A stretch of 24,541 nt of DNA from Candidatus Sigynarchaeum calidifontis (GTDB taxonomy: Archaea; Asgardarchaeota; Lokiarchaeia; Sigyniarchaeales; Sigyniarchaeaceae): the NCBI GenBank assembly GCA_030587475.2, contig JAUQYZ020000039.1, positions 1-24,541 of the forward strand, in the 5' to 3' direction. The number at the start of each line of letters is the position of its first letter. Within the stretch, counting starts at the first letter, position 1. A program made the translations under genes and the position numbers. Below the pieces are notes generated by a model. That model saw only the letters and a program-made list of their open reading frames with translations. It did no database searches and was not told the origin of the DNA. Below, one piece after another: positions 1 to 6,529 of this stretch.

Positions 1-120
1 GCTTTCGTCCATTATTGCCAAGACACGTTTGCATCGTGGTTACACGAGATCCGGGTCGAATGCGGCACGTGTCCCGTCGCCAGGTGGATTGACGATCACG
101 TGTTCGTAAATCCGGGTTAA
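1..120 (+). CDS. 3' end of a truncated hypothetical protein (…AFVHYCQDTFASWLHEIRVECGTCPVARWIDDHVFVNPG*), contains CxxC
   Basis: Frame 1 is open from base 1 to TAA at 118-120. GC is host-like (64/120). The 5' part lies outside the window. Confidence 0.5.
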   Translation, partial: AFVHYCQDTFASWLHEIRVECGTCPVARWIDDHVFVNPG

Positions 121-191
121 ATCATGAAATTCGGAGGCATGAAGATAAGAATAGAGATACTTTGAAAAACTCAAGAAATCTATTTGAGACT

Positions 192-207
192 TGATTTAAA
201 TAATATA
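192..207 (+). promoter_or_regulatory. Archaeal TATA-like box upstream of ORF 246-740
   Basis: TTTAAATAATATA at ~194-206. An SD-like GGGGATG lies at 234-240 before ATG 246. Confidence 0.4.
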
Positions 208-245
208 TTCGTAGCGATGAGACGAAATAATTAGGGGATGCTGAA

Positions 246-740
246 ATGGGAATCGCTATAACTTGTGCAATCTATGTCGATGAATCAAATTTCTTACCAA
301 CTCGGTTAGATCTGATCAACATAGCATTGGTCTTATGTGAAGCTAAAATTATAGATGATTATGAAAAATCACGATTAATCAAAAATATTGTATCAGAGAG
401 GTATGATCTTAAAGACCGTATCGAATTTAAAGAGCGAGAAGAAGTCACATTCGAATATCATGTAAAAAAGTTGCTATGGTTTCACGGTATCTCCGAAGAG
501 ACTGCAATGCATCTGGATCTTCACAAAATGACTATTCGAGCTAATAAGCTCCTCGCTGACGAAGATCACGGTACACTCTTTACCATCGCTTCGCAACTCT
601 GTCTGCCTCCTGTAGATATCGATGGAGCACTATTGCAATTAAGACAGATTCAGAGAGATCCACAGATGGTCAATTTACTTTCGCAATTATCAAAGGCGAT
701 AGGAAAGAGTATTAAAATAGGGATTTTTTTCCACGTGTGA
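246..740 (+). CDS. Hypothetical protein, 164 aa, low GC
   Basis: Only long ORF in an AT-rich stretch, with TATA- and SD-like signals upstream. No family motif recognised. Confidence 0.7.
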   Translation: MGIAITCAIYVDESNFLPTRLDLINIALVLCEAKIIDDYEKSRLIKNIVSERYDLKDRIEFKEREEVTFEYHVKKLLWFHGISEETAMHLDLHKMTIRANKLLADEDHGTLFTIASQLCLPPVDIDGALLQLRQIQRDPQMVNLLSQLSKAIGKSIKIGIFFHV

Positions 741-748
741 TTTATATC

Positions 749-1018
749 TCAAGTAACGGGTATATAGGGGCTCGACTCATGATTCGGGATTAAGATAAAG
801 CCCGTAGATAAATCCACAATGATATAGATGCCTTCATTCGAACCTTTCTTAAGATAATATCTAATCACACCATCACTGATGATAATAGGCGAGACAGAAG
901 TGTCGATCGTCCATCCTCCATTAATGACGCCTTGATATACCCATAACGTACCATATTGCACGCCACGCACGTCGTGTGGGGCGGGGAGAACGAGACCTCC
1001 TGGGAGCGGGGGGGCCAT
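749..1018 (-). CDS. Hypothetical beta-rich protein, 89 aa; possibly the 3' part of a frameshifted gene starting at 1053
   Basis: Protein-like composition (GTLWVYQG…GIYIIVDLSTG) and convergent with 246-740 with an 8-nt gap. Lacks a clear SD. An overlapping 62-aa ORF (865-1053) starts directly after the upstream stop codon. Confidence 0.4.
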   Translation of the reverse strand: MAPPLPGGLVLPAPHDVRGVQYGTLWVYQGVINGGWTIDTSVSPIIISDGVIRYYLKKGSNEGIYIIVDLSTGFILIPNHESSPYIPVT

Positions 1019-1053
1019 ACCTTGATTCTCTCGATGTGAAACGGGAGTTTCAT

Positions 1054-2085
1054 TTATTTGGCTTTTTCAGTTTCTTTATAAAGCTCGTCCAATTTTTTAA
1101 TGGCTCCTTGAAGATCATCTAAAGCTCCTTGTTTTTCCTTTTCTGAGAGCTTGGAGAGATCTATCTGAGGTTCCGTGCCAACGATCCCGGCATCTTTATA
1201 ATAATCCATAATAACTTTGCTGATGCGCTTGTTGTATTCCTCGATAACCCGATTGACATCAGGGTCGTTTTTTATGGCTTGAAAGGATGCATGATTTGCG
1301 AGAGCGTTTAATCCTAAATTCCATTTGAACCACGCTATAGGCTTTTTTTTCCCAAGTTTAAATTCTTCCAATAACTGTTTCATGACGATCCAATCGACTT
1401 TAACCGCATCAACGGATAATGTGTCCGAAAGAATGATGAATTCTGCAACACCTTCATGATCCGCAACAATTCCTGCAATATGACCTTTGATATCATTTAC
1501 AGAGACAATAAAATCCTTACCCGTGATGCTTTGCTGCTTGGGCCACAATTTCCCGAGGGATCCATAGCGCCCGATAAACCGGATGGTAACGATGGACTTG
1601 CCGTCTTCCGACTTGCCTTCGATAGGCACGGTCTTGCCATCACGGAAATGCTTGTGCACTGCCTCTAGCTTGTTGATGATATCGGGTTCCACGTCCACGA
1701 AGATCGACGATCCGAACGCATTTGCCTCGAGCTCCAGCATGCCATGCAAGAATAACTTGTTCCGCTCGATGAATCGAAACATCTGCACGATGCGCTTCTT
1801 CATGACTACCGGATCTTCGGTGTCCATCTTTCCGACCATGAACTTGATGTCCGCGATCTGATCCATCGTGTCCTTGTCGATGATGCCCTGGCTTTGCCTG
1901 TCCTCCAGTGGATCCTGGACGATCATTTCAGTCGGGCTCTTTAAAGCGACGACGGACAGCTCGCCGAACAAGTCAACGTGATCGCCCGTGCCGCTCGCGA
2001 AGAGTGCACGAGGAGGATTACGGAGCAAGATATCTGGAGATGTATGGATGAGTTTCGCTGCAATGTCGTCTTTCTGCTGAGCCAT
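1054..2085 (-). CDS. Hypothetical protein, ~343 aa, with charged helical C-terminus
   Basis: Long ORF (track start GTG 2103). ATG 2085 (MAQQK) is preferred because SD-like GTGGGGT lies ~10 nt upstream. TATA-like TTTTATAT at 2193-2200 on the minus strand. Confidence 0.85.
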   Translation of the reverse strand: MAQQKDDIAAKLIHTSPDILLRNPPRALFASGTGDHVDLFGELSVVALKSPTEMIVQDPLEDRQSQGIIDKDTMDQIADIKFMVGKMDTEDPVVMKKRIVQMFRFIERNKLFLHGMLELEANAFGSSIFVDVEPDIINKLEAVHKHFRDGKTVPIEGKSEDGKSIVTIRFIGRYGSLGKLWPKQQSITGKDFIVSVNDIKGHIAGIVADHEGVAEFIILSDTLSVDAVKVDWIVMKQLLEEFKLGKKKPIAWFKWNLGLNALANHASFQAIKNDPDVNRVIEEYNKRISKVIMDYYKDAGIVGTEPQIDLSKLSEKEKQGALDDLQGAIKKLDELYKETEKAK

Positions 2086-2216
2086 GTAACTTGTTACCCC
2101 CACATCGTTTTTTCTCGAGCATTCTCACGCGATCGGCGAGACAGAGGAGGGGTGGCCGAGCGCGGCTTGTCGAGGTTAATTCTGTCGAATGGATATAAAA
2201 TGCTTTTGAAATCGAG

Positions 2217-2399
2217 TCATGATCGCTTCGTTTTGTACCGCGCGAACAATTTTTCCATCGCTGCGAGGGAAGCGGGACTGGAAGACCGCATGTTCCACAA
2301 GCACCGGGTACAATCCACATCCTTCGGATTCGGGCTCGTTTTCTTGATGCAAGAAAGGTTTTTAACTTTCATATAACATGTGGGTTGCTCCGGCTCCAT
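2217..2399 (-). CDS. Small 4-Cys protein, 60 aa (C8, C17, C30xxC33); putative Zn/Fe-S microprotein
   Basis: Strong SD GGTGAGGA just before the ATG. Own BRE/TATA-like GAAAAACGCTTTTAAT at ~2481-2496 (minus strand). Confidence 0.65.
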   Translation of the reverse strand: MEPEQPTCYMKVKNLSCIKKTSPNPKDVDCTRCLWNMRSSSPASLAAMEKLFARYKTKRS

Positions 2400-2605
2400 T
2401 AATCCTCACCGTAACAGATGAAAAGAGGAGGTGGTATCGGAGATAGCTGGTAGCATCATCGTGGCGCCTAAGTTCCACTCATTAAAAGCGTTTTTCGTCA
2501 TTTACCACGTAGCTGAATCCCAAGTGGAAAAAATACTTGATCCTCACGCCGTCTTCCGGGTGCAAGGGAAGCGCGGGTCGGGGGCATATCAAAGGATATA
2601 CCATG

Positions 2606-3970
2606 TCACGCTTGAAGCATTTCCATGAATGCTTCGATGCGGGTCTTATTCTGCTCGATGTTTTCGCCAACATTGTTGAAGCTGGTTTCCAGCACGGGTA
2701 TACCATTCTGGCGCGCTTTTTCCTTGAAGATCTTGAGAACTGGCCCCAGGTTCTTGCATCCGAACGTGCTCTGGAATAGCACGCCCTCGACCCCGATGTC
2801 CTTCGCGACGCGAATAATCGAGTTGGCAAAGGTATCGTTGTTGAAGCCGAGAAACTGGTTCATCCGAAGTAGATGGCGGGCGAAATTGCGTAACACGTCA
2901 CCAGACGTGCTGATGGGTTCCAGGATCCCGAATATCTCCCAATCCGCGAGAATAGCGCGGCCGCCGAGCTTGGAAATGACCTTGATGTTTTCTTGCTCGA
3001 ACCCGGAAAACATGGGAACGTACAAGATTTTCGGACACCGAGACGCGTTGAATCCCTCGCCCCGGGCGATCTTCCCGTTCATCTCGGCGAACAATCGCTT
3101 CAAATTCGATCGGAACGCCTTGAGGTTGGAATTGAAGTCTATCATGCCAAACATCATGAGCGCTTGCACCTCGCTGAACGTGAGGGGATTATAAGGCAGG
3201 ACATCGCCCTTGCAAATGCCGTAGAGGATTTCCTTGTAGATAGCCTTGATCTCGTTCGTGATCCCGATCGTCTCGGCGAGGCGGGCCTCCGAATACGCGT
3301 TCCCCGTGAGCCGCTCGAGCACGACGATGAATTCTTTCAGGTCGGATAGCAGCGTAGCCTCGGCTGCCTTCCCGCTTGTGACGGGAACGTCGAGTATGTA
3401 GTTATTCTTCACGAAGGGCGTTAGGGAGTCGTAATACTTGGCAAAGAATGGGCACCGGTAGGGCACGTTGAAGCTCGCATCGACCACCTTGCTTTGCCGC
3501 AAGTTTGCCGCGTAGAGCATTCTCGAAGCGAAACACGAGTCCACCGGGAACCCGTGTTCCTCCGCGTACTTGGGAAGCTGGCTGTAACGCTCGTTGAGCG
3601 CGCCGATCATGTTATCGCACAAGATGTCGACCACGTCCGCGCCTGCCCGCGTGAAATAGGCAAGCTTGAGGAGATTGTCGATTGCACCCCAGCCGAATAT
3701 TTTCGTGATCTCGGTGATACGGCGCATGAGGACATGCGTCTCTTTATACGTGAAATCCTCGTGACGCACCAGGTTTAATGGTATTGCATCCATTGCAACG
3801 ATGATTTCGGAGAAGGGAAGGGTCACCGAGACGACCTTCTTGCCGGGATATTTGTTCTTGTACATGCTAATGAATTCTTTTCCCGAGAAGAAGGCATGGG
3901 CCATCTTGACGGTCTCCACCGAGTTAAGCAGGCTAAACTTGCCCGATTTCACGTATGGCATAGAAAACAT
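2606..3970 (-). CDS. 2-hydroxyacyl-CoA dehydratase family (HGD-D) subunit, alpha/HgdA-HadB-like
   Basis: Motifs PFSEIIVAMD, AEEHGFPVDSC, YRCP, FGCK and C-terminal TRIEAFMEML. Three conserved [4Fe-4S] Cys. SD GGAGGG within the end of the upstream gene. Confidence 0.85.
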   Translation of the reverse strand: MFSMPYVKSGKFSLLNSVETVKMAHAFFSGKEFISMYKNKYPGKKVVSVTLPFSEIIVAMDAIPLNLVRHEDFTYKETHVLMRRITEITKIFGWGAIDNLLKLAYFTRAGADVVDILCDNMIGALNERYSQLPKYAEEHGFPVDSCFASRMLYAANLRQSKVVDASFNVPYRCPFFAKYYDSLTPFVKNNYILDVPVTSGKAAEATLLSDLKEFIVVLERLTGNAYSEARLAETIGITNEIKAIYKEILYGICKGDVLPYNPLTFSEVQALMMFGMIDFNSNLKAFRSNLKRLFAEMNGKIARGEGFNASRCPKILYVPMFSGFEQENIKVISKLGGRAILADWEIFGILEPISTSGDVLRNFARHLLRMNQFLGFNNDTFANSIIRVAKDIGVEGVLFQSTFGCKNLGPVLKIFKEKARQNGIPVLETSFNNVGENIEQNKTRIEAFMEMLQA

Positions 3971-3972
3971 GC

Positions 3973-5118
3973 TCAGCGCGTCCCTCCTTCCACGAGTTCT
4001 TTGAATGCCTCGATTCTCGTTTTCAAGCCCCCGATACCGGATTGCGAGTAGTCGCGCTCCACATCGAGCACGGGAACGAGTTTCCCGATTTGTTCCTTGA
4101 ATTCAGCTCGCCCTATGGCTTGAAAATCGCAAAATTTTAGCGTGTGGTTTATGATCCCTGTTATATTGCGTTCCTTGACCAATGAAATCGTTTTTTTTAG
4201 CTTGCCATCCATCGCCGCGGGCACGAAGCGCTCCAAGCCTTGACCTTCGAGGTATGCCTTTGCTAATGCATGGTAGATGTCGGGATCTGCCTCGTCGATC
4301 ACGATCTCGCCCATTCGTGCCCCGATCCACGTGTCGTAGTACACGATTTTGGGGCCAAATTCCTCGATCCAGTTGGCGAAAAAATCGTTGACGAATAGCG
4401 GATCGCCGCTGAGCATTATGCCAGGACGCTTACCGCCATCCTTGCAATTCTTTGCCAGAAACTGCTCGTTTTTGAAGTACAACGCGTCGAGCCGCTCGAT
4501 GAGCTCGGCAGGCTCGAGTATTGCTGCCTCCTGGTACCTTTGGAGAAGTTCGGAACCTTGTATTCCCGTATCGGGTAACCGGCGAATCGCCGCACGCGCA
4601 GCGTCGTGTACCTTTACCTGTCGCCGGATCTCGTTCTCAGGTATCTCCGTCCTGAGCGTCCCCGCGAGGTTTTCCGCGAATGCCTTGACTTGATCGGTGA
4701 AGTACGCGACCGAGTACGCGCGTGTCTTAATAGGAATGGCAAGATCGATGGTGGGAAGGTGCAACTCGTGGCTCAAGTATTCCATGCCACAAAAATCGCC
4801 GTTACAATAATTTGACCTCACGAGATACTCGATTTGCTTGTAAAATCGTATTTCCTCGTGCATGAATGCCCCGACAATGTTCCGGGCGAACGTACACGTG
4901 CTGTGGGACATAAGCGATCCACCAGTGGCCGAGTATTCCTCGGGTCCAACGAACACCAACGGTACAACCATCACGCCAGCTGCCCGAACCAGCTCCACGG
5001 GTACCAGCTCGTGCGCGAAGAGACCGACGAACACGCGGCCCGCCTCCTTTTTTTCCATGAAATATTGCGTGTAGGGAAACGGGTCGCTGGCCGGCGTGGT
5101 CAAGATGTCGTCCATCAT
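3973..5118 (-). CDS. 2-hydroxyacyl-CoA dehydratase family (HGD-D) subunit, beta/HgdB-HadC/BcrC-like
   Basis: Motifs VPVELVRAAG, STCTFAR, SNYCNG, LKFCD, ERDYS…LKTRIEAFKE. 2-nt gap to the partner gene. Confidence 0.88.
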   Translation of the reverse strand: MMDDILTTPASDPFPYTQYFMEKKEAGRVFVGLFAHELVPVELVRAAGVMVVPLVFVGPEEYSATGGSLMSHSTCTFARNIVGAFMHEEIRFYKQIEYLVRSNYCNGDFCGMEYLSHELHLPTIDLAIPIKTRAYSVAYFTDQVKAFAENLAGTLRTEIPENEIRRQVKVHDAARAAIRRLPDTGIQGSELLQRYQEAAILEPAELIERLDALYFKNEQFLAKNCKDGGKRPGIMLSGDPLFVNDFFANWIEEFGPKIVYYDTWIGARMGEIVIDEADPDIYHALAKAYLEGQGLERFVPAAMDGKLKKTISLVKERNITGIINHTLKFCDFQAIGRAEFKEQIGKLVPVLDVERDYSQSGIGGLKTRIEAFKELVEGGTR

Positions 5119-5235
5119 CGCATGATCACGTGGTGCTTTCTAAAAATAATTAACGGGCAAGGGCCGCGGACATAATCTTCAAAGACATCTATCGGTTTAT
5201 TAACTCGACGCCCACGTGCACTGCCGTGATGCACC
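5119..5235. promoter_or_regulatory. Divergent promoter region between the dehydratase pair and the marker-16 gene
   Basis: AT boxes at ~5141-5153 and ~5196-5203. CACGTG palindromes at 5127-5132 and 5213-5218. Confidence 0.45.
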
Positions 5236-6519
5236 ATGGGAAAAACGAGAACCATCGCCGAGATTAAAAAGAAGATAAATGCAGGCACTGCCGTGGTGAT
5301 GACAGCGCAAGAGTTCGTGGACACCATCGCGAAAAAGCCAATCGCTTTCGATGATGTCGACGTGGTCACGACCGCGACGAAGGGACTCATGTCCGGGATT
5401 CTCGGCATCTTCACGTTTCGCGTGTCGCCACCGAAGGAACATCGCAAGTTCGTCGAGATTTCGATGAACGGGATACCGGGCTATCCAGGTCCTTGCCCGA
5501 ACGAGTTCCTCGGCGTCGTGGACGTGTTGCTCTATGGCACCGCCCATAGCAAGATCACGGAACATTATTCCGGGGCCGTATTATTCCGGGATCTCGTCGA
5601 GGGGAAAAAAATACACGTGGTCGCGCGTTCAAACCTCGGCAAGGAGATCGAGAAGGATATCACCCTCGATGACATGCAATATGCCCGGTTGCTCGGCACG
5701 AGGCAAGGATTCAAGAATTACAATGCCATGCTAAACCCGACCGCGGAGCCGGTCGACACGATCTTTTCAACCCTCCCCATGCAGCCAAATTATGCCGAGC
5801 TTACCTTCTCCGGTTGCGGGGCGATGAACATGTTCCAAAACGACCCGGAATTCCTCACGCTCGGCGTCGGTTCTCCTTTACTTGTTAACGGCGGAAAGGG
5901 ATACCTGGTCGGTCCTGGAACTAGGAATTATTACTTGAAACCGAACATGATGACAATCGCAGACTTCAAGGGGATGAAACCCGAATACATGGGCGGCTTC
6001 AAGACATCTTTCGGCGTGGAACCCATCTGCTCCATCGCGGCTCCCATCCCGATCCTAAACGAGCGCGTTTTCAAGAACCTCGTTCGATCAGATAATGAGA
6101 TCCCGTTGGCCGTCATGAATGTCGTTGGGCGCGAGAAGGTGGCGGACATAACATACGGGGATGTATGGGGAGACAATTTCGTTGTCAAGTTCGATCCGAA
6201 GAGATGTGACGATTGTACCGATTGCCCGGGTGAAAAACACTGCCCGACAGAGGCGTTTCACAAGAAAAAGGGCATCGACAAGACCCGGTGCTTCAACTGC
6301 GGGTTATGTGCCGTGACTTGCAAGAACGCCCCGCAAGCATTTGATATCGACCTGAAAGGAGCCATCATCAACGGGAAGAAAGTGCCGGTCGTCCTCCGCC
6401 AATCGGACCGCGCTGGTGCAATCAAGCTCGCCACCGAGTTGAAGGGACGGATCCTCAAGGGCGAGTTCGACCTCTGCGAACCATCAGCACCTCTCGAATT
6501 CGCGAAGGAAGTGAAATAG
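5236..6519 (+). CDS. Methanogenesis marker 16 metalloprotein (DUF39/COG1900 family, ComF-like) with C-terminal ferredoxin-like domain
   Basis: RTIAEI…AVVMTAQEF, DVDVVTTAT…MSG, GPCPNE-LGVVD, FKNY, FSGCG, NDP, PEYMGGF. Ferredoxin motifs CDDCTDC…CP and CFNCGLC…C. GPCPNE plus a fused ferredoxin (no CBS pair) matches the marker-16 subfamily. Confidence 0.88.
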   Translation: MGKTRTIAEIKKKINAGTAVVMTAQEFVDTIAKKPIAFDDVDVVTTATKGLMSGILGIFTFRVSPPKEHRKFVEISMNGIPGYPGPCPNEFLGVVDVLLYGTAHSKITEHYSGAVLFRDLVEGKKIHVVARSNLGKEIEKDITLDDMQYARLLGTRQGFKNYNAMLNPTAEPVDTIFSTLPMQPNYAELTFSGCGAMNMFQNDPEFLTLGVGSPLLVNGGKGYLVGPGTRNYYLKPNMMTIADFKGMKPEYMGGFKTSFGVEPICSIAAPIPILNERVFKNLVRSDNEIPLAVMNVVGREKVADITYGDVWGDNFVVKFDPKRCDDCTDCPGEKHCPTEAFHKKKGIDKTRCFNCGLCAVTCKNAPQAFDIDLKGAIINGKKVPVVLRQSDRAGAIKLATELKGRILKGEFDLCEPSAPLEFAKEVK

Positions 6520-6529
6520 CGCATGGATC

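Noticed and set aside
865-867. UGA of the 62-aa CVAC ORF as selenocysteine
   Set aside because: No redox motif context and no SECIS recognised; readthrough adds only a short tail.
2146-2190. GGAGGGGTGGCCGAGCGCGGC resembles a tRNA 5' end and D-arm
   Set aside because: No anticodon stem, T-arm or complementary acceptor strand follows.
2431-2628. Plus-strand 65-aa ORF behind AAGAGGAG
   Set aside because: The SD abuts the GTG with no spacing, and the ORF covers the minus-strand promoter of the 60-aa gene.
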